Of a stretch of 64,000 bases of DNA, positions 19,573 through 32,479 are shown piece by piece; the first letter of the stretch is position 1; each line of letters opens with the position of its first letter. Below the pieces are notes generated by a model, which saw only the letters and a list, made by a program, of their open reading frames with translations, was not told the origin of the DNA and made no database searches. This DNA is from Nitrospirota bacterium (GTDB lineage Bacteria; Nitrospirota; UBA9217), in contig CAWIYV010000009.1 of the NCBI GenBank assembly GCA_963840455.1, positions 128,001-192,000 of the forward strand, read 5' to 3'. The translations under genes were made by a program, and so were the position numbers.

Positions 19573-20433
19573 CTACATCGCCCCGGCGATCTTCGCCGCT
19601 TTGCGGAGATCGTCATAATCCTTATCGGCGACCGGGATAAAGCCCGTGAGACGGGCCGGACCCAGGATCTTTTCGTTCTGCGGATCATTCGGCTTCAGCT
19701 TGAGCAGGGCGGCCTTTACCTTCGCTGCGGTTTCCGGTCTCAGCTTCGATGTGGCAAAGAACGGCCAGTTGGGAAAATAGTCCGTATATCCCACGATCCT
19801 GAGCTGGGAAACATCGAGGGAACCCTTCATTTTATCCAGTTGCTCCTCCCGCACTGCGCCGGCGTCGGCTGTCTTATTAAAGACGGCCATGGTCACGTTC
19901 TCGTGGGTCTTCGCGTAGGGCAACGTGATGATGTCCTTGTCCACGTTCAATCCCGCCCGGCTCAGGAGGAGCTTCTGGAAGATGTGCCCGGCTGGTGAAT
20001 CCTCCTCAACGAAACTGAACTTCTTGCCTTTCAGGTCCTGCAGTGTGGCAATGCCGCTGTCCTTTCGCACGATGATGATGCCCCGGAGTCGCGTGCCGCT
20101 TTTCACCTCGGACGACAGGGCGAGGGGCTCGATGTTGATCTTGTCCTTTATCTGGATGTAGAGGAGCGGATTGACGAATCCGATGTCCGTCTGCCCCGCC
20201 TTCACCGCCTCCTTGACGCCGTCGAAGCTCTTTGGTACGACAAGCGTCACTTTTTCCCCGGTCTCCTTGGCCAGGTACTCGGCAAGGGGATTGTACATCG
20301 CCTGCAGCTCCGCAGCGCTGAGACGGGGCACTGTCACGAACTTTATCTCAGCCGCCGCCGCGGTCGGGCGGAGCAGTCCGACCACGCCCAGACAAAGCAC
20401 CGCAGCTAATATTGTTCCTTTGAACCTATTCAT
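19573..20433 (-). CDS. PhnD/PtxB-like periplasmic oxyanion-binding protein
   Basis: Signal peptide; YNPLAEYL, IIVRKDS..LQDLKGKKFSF..SPAG, H..V...V....ADAG pattern. Confidence 0.8.
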   Translation of the reverse strand: MNRFKGTILAAVLCLGVVGLLRPTAAAAEIKFVTVPRLSAAELQAMYNPLAEYLAKETGEKVTLVVPKSFDGVKEAVKAGQTDIGFVNPLLYIQIKDKINIEPLALSSEVKSGTRLRGIIIVRKDSGIATLQDLKGKKFSFVEEDSPAGHIFQKLLLSRAGLNVDKDIITLPYAKTHENVTMAVFNKTADAGAVREEQLDKMKGSLDVSQLRIVGYTDYFPNWPFFATSKLRPETAAKVKAALLKLKPNDPQNEKILGPARLTGFIPVADKDYDDLRKAAKIAGAM

Positions 20434-20497
20434 AACGAGATGTCCTCCCTAGAGAATTATTAACGTGCCGGATTGAGCTCCTATTAATCCAATATAA

Positions 20498-20513
20498 TGC
20501 AATATGTACGCCA
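20498..20513 (-). promoter_or_regulatory. sigma54 (-24/-12) promoter of the binding protein-MCP-cheW operon
   Basis: Minus strand TGGCGT-ACATA-TTGCA (GG-N10-GC), 65 bp upstream of the start. Confidence 0.7.
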
Positions 20514-20622
20514 GTCATCAGTCATCTGTTTGCGTGTGCACCGGAATGATGCTATGTGAAGCCGAATGTAATTTTCTGCTTTCGAGAAGGAACCGCATTC
20601 GAGCGGCCATCGGCGCAGATGT

Positions 20623-20640
20623 ATTTCAATACATTGAAAT
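20623..20640. promoter_or_regulatory. Perfect palindrome, candidate activator site
   Basis: ATTTCAAT-AC-ATTGAAAT. Confidence 0.4.
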
Positions 20641-20744
20641 TTCCTGCTGTTCACCGCTCTCGGCCACCATGATGAAATGCAGTTCGCATATCATGCCTGA
20701 GTGATGTATAAAAGCTTCTTTTGCTTCGAAGGGACGCCGAGCGG

Positions 20745-20791
20745 GTCTCAAGAACGAGACGTTTCGAAACAGCGAATCTTGTGAATGAGAC
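20745..20791. promoter_or_regulatory. Candidate enhancer (bEBP) sites
   Basis: GTCTC-N6-GAGAC dyad plus a second TGAGACA half-site, about 90-135 bp upstream of the plus-strand sigma54 site. Confidence 0.4.
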
Positions 20792-20879
20792 AAACGGCAT
20801 TTCCCTGATCGAAGGTCGAACATCATAATTTCGGCGTAAATCATCGTTTTGCCACCTGGCGCGACCGTGATGTGGCTTC

Positions 20880-20895
20880 TGGTATGAATACTGCA
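20880..20895 (+). promoter_or_regulatory. sigma54 (-24/-12) promoter of the cysQ operon
   Basis: TGGTAT-GAATA-CTGCA (GG-N10-GC), about 90 bp upstream of ATG 20988. Confidence 0.55.
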
Positions 20896-20987
20896 TTTTT
20901 TGTGGAAGCGAAAGGACCGTGAACAGTCCAACTTCATACTATGTGATGAGCATCATGCTGACCACGAACACGAACAGGAGCGGAAAC

Positions 20988-24818
<3,831 letters not shown>

Positions 24819-24886
24819 AACGGCCTGGCTTGCTGCGGGAACAAGGACAGGACGTCACGAACAACGCATAAGGAGGCACTTCCCTG

Positions 24887-25969
24887 ATGCCCATATTCAT
24901 GATCGGAACGCAGCGCTCGGGATCGAACCTGCTGCGGCTGATGCTGAACCAACTGCCCGAAATCGCAGCACCGCATCCGCCGCACATCCTCCAGCGGCTC
25001 ATGCCGCTGGTGGCTGCATACGGCGACCTGGCCGCTGACGAAAATTTCGGCCAGCTTGTCGAGGACGTTTGCCGTCTGGTGGAATTGAACCCCGTGCCGT
25101 GGGAAGGGGTAGCCCTGGACCGGGAGGATGTGGCCGGCCGCTGCCGGGAGCGGAGCCTGGTGGCTGTGCACGGCGCGGTGTATGACGTCTGCGCCGAGGC
25201 AAAGGGGGCGAAGACGTGGTGCTGCAAGAGTCTGGCGAACATCGCCTTCGTTCCGCAGATCGAGGGTTATTTCCGGGAGCCGCGCTACATCTATCTCTAC
25301 CGTGACGGACGGGACGTGGCGGTCTCGTTCCGCAAGGCCGTGGTGGGCGAGAAGCACTGTTACCACATCGCCAGGGAGTGGGCCGCCACCCAGGAACTGG
25401 CCATCGCGCTCCGGCGGAAGATCGAACCAGAGCGCTTCCTGAGCATCAGCTACGAGGAGCTCACGGGCGATCCCCGGAGAACGGCCCGGCTGATCTGCGC
25501 GTTCCTCGGGGTACCATACCGGGACTCCATGCTGGACTACCACCACACGGATGAGGCGAGGCGCGCCGCAACGTCGAGCGAGCTCTGGGTCAACGTGACC
25601 AGCCCCGTGATGAAAAACAACAGCCGCAAATACCTGCACGAAGCGACTGAGCAGGACATCCGCATCTTCGAGTCCGTGGCAGGGCCGTTGCTTGATGCCC
25701 TCGGGTATGATCGCGCTTTCGTGAAGCGGGGAGAGGAACAGATATTCACCGAGGCCGACATCGAGGCCTTCGGCTCTGAGAATGACCGGATCAAGGAGGA
25801 TATGCGGAAGCTCATCGATCCGGCGGACCTCATGCGTCGCGACCTCCAAGCGGGGCTGCTGAAAGGGATCAAGGACCGGCAGACGGCACGGACGGAGGAG
25901 ACGAGGAACATCCCGATCCTGCTGTACGATCAGGGCAAGCCCAAAACAGCCAGGAAGCCTTTACATTAA
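24887..25969 (+). CDS. PAPS-dependent sulfotransferase
   Basis: IGTQRSGSNLL 5'-PSB loop, RDGRDVAVS 3'-PB motif, ISYEEL. Confidence 0.9.
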   Translation: MPIFMIGTQRSGSNLLRLMLNQLPEIAAPHPPHILQRLMPLVAAYGDLAADENFGQLVEDVCRLVELNPVPWEGVALDREDVAGRCRERSLVAVHGAVYDVCAEAKGAKTWCCKSLANIAFVPQIEGYFREPRYIYLYRDGRDVAVSFRKAVVGEKHCYHIAREWAATQELAIALRRKIEPERFLSISYEELTGDPRRTARLICAFLGVPYRDSMLDYHHTDEARRAATSSELWVNVTSPVMKNNSRKYLHEATEQDIRIFESVAGPLLDALGYDRAFVKRGEEQIFTEADIEAFGSENDRIKEDMRKLIDPADLMRRDLQAGLLKGIKDRQTARTEETRNIPILLYDQGKPKTARKPLH

Positions 25970-26209
25970 AGGGCGGGCAGAGGGGACAACGGCCATGCCG
26001 AATGAGCTGCGCGGTTTCGGCATGCCATCAGCGCACATCGTGGGCCGCGACAAGGTCCGCCCGATACCACGCGGCAATAAGCGGCACCCGTGACCTCGCA
26101 TCGCTGCCCGTGCGAAAGACCGATGCGATCACCCCGCTGGCATGACGATCGTTGACATAGCGGTCACCCTGTCGCCTTGTCCATCCGGCTTCTGCGCGGA
26201 TTCATCTCT

Positions 26210-28204
26210 CTAACGCACTCCTGAACCTGAGCTGGATCTCTCCATGAATAACTTATCGAAATCTGCGGCCGTCACGGCCGGGCTGAAGTAGAATCCCTGC
26301 CCCATGTCGCACCGCAGAAGGTGCAGTATGTTCCTCTGCTCCTCGGTCTCAACTCCTTCCGCGATGGTCTTGAGGTTCAGGCTCCGCGCCATGCCCGTGA
26401 TCGCTGTGACGATCGAGGCGGCATCGGGGTCCTTCGCCACGTCCCTAATGAAGGACATGTCGATCTTGAGATTGTCCACCGGCAGCTTCTTGATGTAGTT
26501 GAGCGAGGAATAGCCGGTGCCGAAGTCGTCAACCGAGATCGAGACGCCCACATCTTTCAGTTTCTTTAGGCGCGTGATCGTCAGGTCCATGTCGTGGATG
26601 CAGATGCTTTCCGTGAGCTCCAGGGTAAGGTGCCGGGGGTCGATGGCGAGGTCCTTGATCGCCTCGGACACCATGTCGATGAAGTTGCGGTGGCGGAATT
26701 GATGGTGGGAAAGGTTCACCGAGACGGAGACGTTCCGGTTGTGTCGTTTCCAGTCCTTGATCTGCCTGCAGGCAGTCCTCAACACCCACTGGCCGACATC
26801 GATGATCAATCCTGTTTCCTCGAGCGTCGGGATGAACTTTGACGGGGGGACGATGCCCATCTCACCGTTGCTCCATCGGATCAGCGCCTCGGCGCCCGCT
26901 ATCCTCTTCGTCGAGAGATCGCAGTAGGGCTGGTACTTCACGTGGTACTCGTCGTTCTTCAGCGCGCTGAAAAGACGTTTCTCCATGAGGTAGAACTCCT
27001 GGATGCCCCTGTTGATATCGGGGCTGAAGACCTGGACCGTGTTCCGTCCCTGGCCTTTTGCGCGCGAGAGCGCCATATCGGCATTCTTGAGCAGCGCCCT
27101 GCTGTCATTGCCGCTGTCCGGATAGTTGGCGATCCCCATGGTGACGGTGAGCACGATGTCCTGGCCGCCGATCATGATCTTCTGGGAGACCGTGTTCCGT
27201 ATGTGTTCGGCAACGGCGGCCGTATCGATGAGCTGAGCGCTGTAGCGGTGGATCACGCCGAACTCATCGCTGCCCAGGCGCGCCACGACATCTCCCTCGG
27301 AGACCGATGCGCGCAGCGTCTCGGAAATGCGCTGCAGCACTTCGTCCCCGACATCGGAGCCGAAGAGGTCGTTGATGTATTTGAACCGGTCGATGTCCAT
27401 GATCAGCACCGAGAGAAAGCTGTCCTCGCGCTGACTGCTTTCAAGCTCCCGCTTCAGCCGTTCGGCGAAGTGCCGCCGGTTCGACGCGCCGGTCAGCGGA
27501 TCATACTTGTCGAGATAATCGATCCGGTCCTCGAGCTGTTTCTGGCGGGTAATGTCGCGCGCGGTCGATACGAACCGCGTGATGCTGCCCTTCCGGTCCA
27601 GGAGCGGCGTTACCTGCTCCAGGATGATGAAGGAACCGCCCTGCTTGTTCCGGCAGTTGACGACGGCACGGAAAGGGTCGCCGGAAAGGACGGTGTCTAG
27701 CATCTCCTGGAACACCTCATCGTCGCGGTACCACGGGAGCCACGGGTCGTTCCGCCTCCCCACGAGGTCCTTTAGTGAATACCCCGTAACGGATTCCACG
27801 GCCTTATTGATGTATTCGATCTTTCCCTTTCTGTGCGCTATCGTGATAAGGTCCCCGGCCAGTTCCGCGGTTTGCGCGAGACGGGACAGCTTCTCTTCCG
27901 TCCTGTGGCGCCGGCCGATCTCCCTCCGGATCAGCGAGAACGAAACCAGAACGATGATGACCGCGGCCAGGCAGAGCGCAATGATCATGATGGTCACACT
28001 GGTCAGGGAGTCGCGAAGGGTGGCGCCTGCAGGTCCCTGCAGAGGCAGGCCTGAAAGCAGGGTAATGATGGCCTCGTAAAGGCCGTATCCGGCCAGGGCC
28101 ATCAGTAAAAGTCCCAGGACGATCGATATGCCGCTCCGTTGCCGGTAAGGGGATGTCACTGTATGCCGCTCCAATCCGCAATGTGAGGGATGCCCTCGGT
28201 GCAC
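26210..28204 (-). CDS. Membrane PAS-GGDEF-EAL protein (start uncertain)
   Basis: 2 TM, PAS, DIDRFK..RLGSDEF, EAL, ELTE, DDFGTGYSS, AEGVE. Confidence 0.92.
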   Translation of the reverse strand: MHRGHPSHCGLERHTVTSPYRQRSGISIVLGLLLMALAGYGLYEAIITLLSGLPLQGPAGATLRDSLTSVTIMIIALCLAAVIIVLVSFSLIRREIGRRHRTEEKLSRLAQTAELAGDLITIAHRKGKIEYINKAVESVTGYSLKDLVGRRNDPWLPWYRDDEVFQEMLDTVLSGDPFRAVVNCRNKQGGSFIILEQVTPLLDRKGSITRFVSTARDITRQKQLEDRIDYLDKYDPLTGASNRRHFAERLKRELESSQREDSFLSVLIMDIDRFKYINDLFGSDVGDEVLQRISETLRASVSEGDVVARLGSDEFGVIHRYSAQLIDTAAVAEHIRNTVSQKIMIGGQDIVLTVTMGIANYPDSGNDSRALLKNADMALSRAKGQGRNTVQVFSPDINRGIQEFYLMEKRLFSALKNDEYHVKYQPYCDLSTKRIAGAEALIRWSNGEMGIVPPSKFIPTLEETGLIIDVGQWVLRTACRQIKDWKRHNRNVSVSVNLSHHQFRHRNFIDMVSEAIKDLAIDPRHLTLELTESICIHDMDLTITRLKKLKDVGVSISVDDFGTGYSSLNYIKKLPVDNLKIDMSFIRDVAKDPDAASIVTAITGMARSLNLKTIAEGVETEEQRNILHLLRCDMGQGFYFSPAVTAADFDKLFMERSSSGSGVR

Positions 28205-28347
28205 CGAACATCATAACACGATAAGGAGCTACTTCAAAGGTGATTATGAACGGGAGTACACTTCGCGGCGGCCCGCTTTGCAGTCTGCCTTAAGTTGTAT
28301 TCCGCTGGAACAGGGGCCTCGCCAAAATCCCGCTGATGTATTATTAT

Positions 28348-28483
28348 TGAATCGAGGAGCGCTCGCATTCCCCGCAGCTTGCTGCGGGGAATGCGAGCGA
28401 TTAGAATGAAATTACTACCTTGAGGATCGAAGATTCCCTGCAGCTTGCAACAGGGAGCTTCAATCCAGGAGCGAGTGCATTCC
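28348..28483. repeat. Double-hairpin repeat, full copy plus the start of a second unit
   Basis: CCCCGCAGCTTGCTGCGGGG hairpin; junction GGGAGCTTCAATCCAGGAGCGAG. Confidence 0.9.
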
Positions 28484-28623
28484 TCTCGGTCAACGCAGTC
28501 GGCGGACCGGCTGCCAGGTGCGGGCCCATCGTGCCGGACACCGGAAGGGTGCGTTCATCATACCGGGATTCAGGCAGGGGGCAAGATATTGTCCTCATCA
28601 AGAGGTGTGCGAGGAGGCCTATC

Positions 28624-29130
28624 ATGGGATTCAGGGAAACAAGGCCGGAGCTGTTGACGGACAATCCATTCACGCTCATTGGCGCGGACTGGATGCTCAT
28701 CACTGCGGGGACACATGATGCGTTCAATACCATGACCGCCAGCTGGGGCGGGTTGGGGATCCTGTGGGAGCGGAAGGTCGCCATCTGTTTCATCCGGCCC
28801 ACCCGGTATACCTATGAGTTCGCTGAGCGGTCGCCAGCCTTCACACTGTCGTTCTTCGGGGAGAAGCACCGCAAGGCCTTGACCTACTGCGGCACCCACT
28901 CAGGAAGGGACACGGACAAGGTCGAGGGAGCCGGTCTCACGCCGGTGAAGGAAGGCGGCTTCGTCTATTTCGAGGAGGCCCGGCTCGTACTGGCGTGCAG
29001 GAAGATCTACAGCCAGGACATACTTCCGGAGCGGTTCATAGACCCCAGGATCGAGTCGATGTACCCGCAGAAGGACTACCACCGCATGTACTTCGGCGAG
29101 ATCGTGAAGTGCCTCGCGCAGGGGCAGTGA
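28624..29130 (+). CDS. Flavin reductase-like FMN-binding protein
   Basis: WMLITAG..NTMTASWG, RPTRYT, CGTHSGRDTDK, YHRMYFGEI; GGAGG RBS. Confidence 0.9.
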   Translation: MGFRETRPELLTDNPFTLIGADWMLITAGTHDAFNTMTASWGGLGILWERKVAICFIRPTRYTYEFAERSPAFTLSFFGEKHRKALTYCGTHSGRDTDKVEGAGLTPVKEGGFVYFEEARLVLACRKIYSQDILPERFIDPRIESMYPQKDYHRMYFGEIVKCLAQGQ

Positions 29131-29142
29131 GAGGGGACCATC

Positions 29143-29952
29143 ATGGTCAGGGGATGGTGGCGCAGGGCGACGCAGAAACAAAGGAGAGGGTGCCTCGAAC
29201 TCGCCGGCACGCTCTTCCTGATCGGCGTCATCGTCTGGCAGTATGGAAGTCTCGCGCCCCGGGTCATCATCGTCCTGTCCTTCCTGCTGAGCCTTGCCCT
29301 GATCCTGGTCCAGCTGCCGTTCCTGGCAGGCCACTACGGCATCCGTCACTTCCGGCCGTCGCTGGTCGTCCTCATCGTTGTCCTGCCCTTCCTGATATCC
29401 TGGGGATATGAATTCGTATACCGGAAGAACCTGCTGGGGCTCTTTTACGGGGAGTGGTTCGGAACGGAGCAGGCGACCGTATCGGCCCTTGCGGTCATTG
29501 CGCTGCCGCTCCTGTCGTTCCTGTCCGGGAAGTTGAGCAGAAAATACCGGCGAAAATCGCCCGCAGTCGCGGCAGAGGAGGATCGGACCATGCCGACGTT
29601 CATCGAGAAAGCAGCCGTCATCCAGGCGGCGGGGAACAAGCCGAAGTTCATCGAAGAATATATCGGACGCGTTCACACTGGCACCACCGCGGTCAGCATC
29701 GCGCGCATGCAGAGCCCGTCCGGCTGGACCGAGCCGGGCCAGACCCCGGAGTTCGATGAATATACGCTGGTGCTCAAGGGCATGCTGAGGGTGGAATCGA
29801 GGAGCGGGGCGATCGATGTGCACGCGGGCCAGGCAGTGATCACGCTGAGGGGCGAGTGGATACGGTACAGCTCCCCGGGGCCTGATGGTGCTGAATACAT
29901 TGCGGTTTGCCTTCCCGCGTTCTCCCCGGCGACGGTACACCGGGATGCATAG
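29143..29952 (+). CDS. Membrane domain in frame with a cupin; the cupin probably also starts at 29590
   Basis: About four TM segments then MPTFI..PKFIEEYIGRV..WTEPGQTPEFDEY cupin with its own GAGGAGG RBS. Confidence 0.7.
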   Translation: MVRGWWRRATQKQRRGCLELAGTLFLIGVIVWQYGSLAPRVIIVLSFLLSLALILVQLPFLAGHYGIRHFRPSLVVLIVVLPFLISWGYEFVYRKNLLGLFYGEWFGTEQATVSALAVIALPLLSFLSGKLSRKYRRKSPAVAAEEDRTMPTFIEKAAVIQAAGNKPKFIEEYIGRVHTGTTAVSIARMQSPSGWTEPGQTPEFDEYTLVLKGMLRVESRSGAIDVHAGQAVITLRGEWIRYSSPGPDGAEYIAVCLPAFSPATVHRDA

Positions 29953-30118
29953 GTTGTTCTAACGTTTCCTGACGATCATGACCTGAGCGGACGATCTTCC
30001 TGTCCATGACATCCTGAGCCAGAAGCAACAGGCCGGGCCCGTATTTGATACAATTAAACCAGGGAACAGATAGGTTGATGCCGAGGGAGGGGACGTCGTT
30101 CGCCGGGAGGAGGGCACG

Positions 30119-32005
30119 ATGATAACCAGGATGTCCAAGGTCGAGATCGTCGGGCCCAAGGACCTGTTGCGGGATGTTGTTGCTCTGCTCCAGCAGCTGA
30201 AGGTGATCCAGATCGATCCCGAAGAGAGCGAGCTTGCGGGTGAGGATGCGGTCGAGGAAAAGGTCCGGCCATTCCTGCATGATGAACGGGAACGCTCCCT
30301 CTTCGAACGGCTGTTCCTGGAGGACCTCCGTCGCAGGATCGATGATCTGTTCGCCAGCCTTCCGAATGTCCCGCTGAGGACGAGCTATATCGAGCCCCAG
30401 GTCATCCTCGATACGATCCTTGTCACGGTCGATAAGCATCTGAGAACGGCCAGGACGCTTACCGAACGTAAACGGAGGATGGAGAGCGAGATCGAAGAAT
30501 GCGTCCGGTTCGCTTCTTTTCTCGGCACCCTTGATTCCCTGTTCAAGCAGCCGCACACCCCGCCCAACCTCGACGTCATCATGCTCACGATCAAGGACCA
30601 GACGGCCGTCGAGCATATTCGCAGCACGATCGCGAAGTTGACGGACGGGAAGTTCAAGCTCTTCACGGTGCCTGCGGGACGCGGCACGCTCGCAGGAATG
30701 ATCACCCTGGAGAAGGACGCTTCCGTAGCGGTAAGCGCAGCGCTCACCCGGGAGCACGTTCCGGAGCTGGCTCTTCCCCCGTCCTTCGAGGCATTGCCGC
30801 TCTCCGGGAAGATAACCTATCTGGAACGGCAGGGTCTGGAGCTTTCCCGGCAGATCGAGGCGGTTGACCGGGAGCTCGGCGACCTGGAACGGCGGTGGGG
30901 CCCGATCTACCGTCGCGTGCGGGAATGGATCGACGAGCGCATCACGCTCCTGACGGCCACCGCATCGATCCTTCAGACAAGGATGTGCTTCTTTATCCGC
31001 GGATGGATGATCTCGGATGACGTCGCCAGGCTCCGGGCGCAGCTCGACGTGTCCTTCGGCATGCAGGTCGTGCTGGAGGAAAAGCATATGCGGGAAAAGG
31101 ACCTCGAGCATGCGCCGGTCGTCCTTTTGAACCGGCCGTACTTCAGGCCCTTTGAGATATTCGGCCGCCTGCTGCCGGTCCCGGCCTACTCGTCCTTCGA
31201 TCCGACGCCGTTCATCGGAATCTTCTTCCCGGTGTTCTTCGGGATGATCCTTGGCGACGCGGGTTACGGCGTGCTCCTTGTCATGCTTGCGCTGTACCTG
31301 CGCCGGCGGTATGCGAAAAAACGGGAGGTGGCGGACGCTTCGCAGGTGCTGCTGGCGTCGTCGCTCTACACCATCATTTTCGGCGTGCTGTACGGCGAGT
31401 TCTTCGGCGACCTCGGGACCACGCTCTTCGGTATGGAGCCGCTCCTGATCGAGCGGAGGACGTCGGTCATCCCCATGATGGTGTTCGCGCTGTCCGCCGG
31501 GGTCGTGCACATCGTGCTGGGTCTGCTGCTCGGCGCCATCACCGCTTTCCGGAGGAAGGTGCGCCGTGAGGGATTCGCCAAGCTTCTCAATATTCTTATC
31601 ATCCTCTGCATGATCGCGGTCTTCGCAACCTTTTTCGGCTATCTCCCGGGGCTCCTGTCGCGACCGATCATCATGGTGATCCTGATCGCGACGCCGTTCC
31701 TGCTGTTCTCCGGCGGCCTTCTGGCGCCGCTCGAGCTCCTCAAGAACATCGGGAACATCATCTCCTATGTCAGGATCATGGCCATCGGCCTGACCTCAGT
31801 GCTGCTCGCCTTTGTGGCCAACCAGATGGCCGGTGCGACCGGGGACATCGTGCTCGGCGTCATGGCGGCCGTGCTGCTCCATCTCCTGAACATCGTCCTC
31901 GGCGTCTTCTCTCCCACCATCCACGCGCTCAGGCTGCACTATGTGGAGTTCTTCAGCAAGTTCATCGAATCCGGCGGCAAGAAGTTCGATCCCATGCACA
32001 AGTGA
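30119..32005 (+). CDS. V/A-type ATP synthase subunit I
   Basis: DPTPF..FFGMILGDAGYG, ISYVRIMAIG, HALRLHYVEFFSKF. Confidence 0.93.
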   Translation: MITRMSKVEIVGPKDLLRDVVALLQQLKVIQIDPEESELAGEDAVEEKVRPFLHDERERSLFERLFLEDLRRRIDDLFASLPNVPLRTSYIEPQVILDTILVTVDKHLRTARTLTERKRRMESEIEECVRFASFLGTLDSLFKQPHTPPNLDVIMLTIKDQTAVEHIRSTIAKLTDGKFKLFTVPAGRGTLAGMITLEKDASVAVSAALTREHVPELALPPSFEALPLSGKITYLERQGLELSRQIEAVDRELGDLERRWGPIYRRVREWIDERITLLTATASILQTRMCFFIRGWMISDDVARLRAQLDVSFGMQVVLEEKHMREKDLEHAPVVLLNRPYFRPFEIFGRLLPVPAYSSFDPTPFIGIFFPVFFGMILGDAGYGVLLVMLALYLRRRYAKKREVADASQVLLASSLYTIIFGVLYGEFFGDLGTTLFGMEPLLIERRTSVIPMMVFALSAGVVHIVLGLLLGAITAFRRKVRREGFAKLLNILIILCMIAVFATFFGYLPGLLSRPIIMVILIATPFLLFSGGLLAPLELLKNIGNIISYVRIMAIGLTSVLLAFVANQMAGATGDIVLGVMAAVLLHLLNIVLGVFSPTIHALRLHYVEFFSKFIESGGKKFDPMHK

Positions 32006-32380
32006 ATCCAGGAGCGAGCGCATCCCCCGCGGCTTGCCGCGGGGCCAGCGAGCGATTAGAATAAACACTACACTGAGGATCGAAGCTCCATGCCTCTTGC
32101 TGTAGGGAGCTTAAATCCAGGAGCGAGCGCATCTCCCGCGGCTTGCTGCGGGGCCAGCGAGCGATTAGAATAAACACTACCCTGAGGATCGAAGCTCCAT
32201 GCCTCTTGCTGTAGGGAGCTTAAATCCAGGAACGAGCGCATCTCCCGCGGCTTGCTGCGGGGCCAGCGAGCGATTAGCATAAACACTACCCTGAGGATCG
32301 AAGCTCCATGCCTCTTGCTGTAGGGAGCTTAAATCCAGGAGCGAGCGCATTCCCCGTAGCCGGCCGCAGGGAGCTTCAAT
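32003..32380. repeat. Tandem array: three 109-bp units plus one collapsed unit of the double-hairpin family
   Basis: CCAGGA at 32008, 32117, 32226 and 32335 (period 109); near-identical units with no spacers. Confidence 0.95.
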
Positions 32381-32479
32381 GTGTGCCCTGCGAGAGAGGC
32401 CTTTTGCTTCCGGCTTGTCCGGGTTAGGATATAATTGAGAGGTGACGGAACAGGGCGGGTGCAGCACGGGGAGGCAGGC

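Noticed and set aside
25970-26209. Small gene or ncRNA between the sulfotransferase and the EAL gene
   Set aside because: No convincing ORF/RBS or known RNA motif
29840-31510. Long antisense ORFs (556 aa here; others at 24455-25849, 50388-51755, 12061-13278)
   Set aside because: Shadow frames of high-GC genes on the opposite strand with no recognisable motifs
32003-32380. CRISPR array
   Set aside because: Units are 109 bp and near-identical throughout, with no unique spacers and no cas genes
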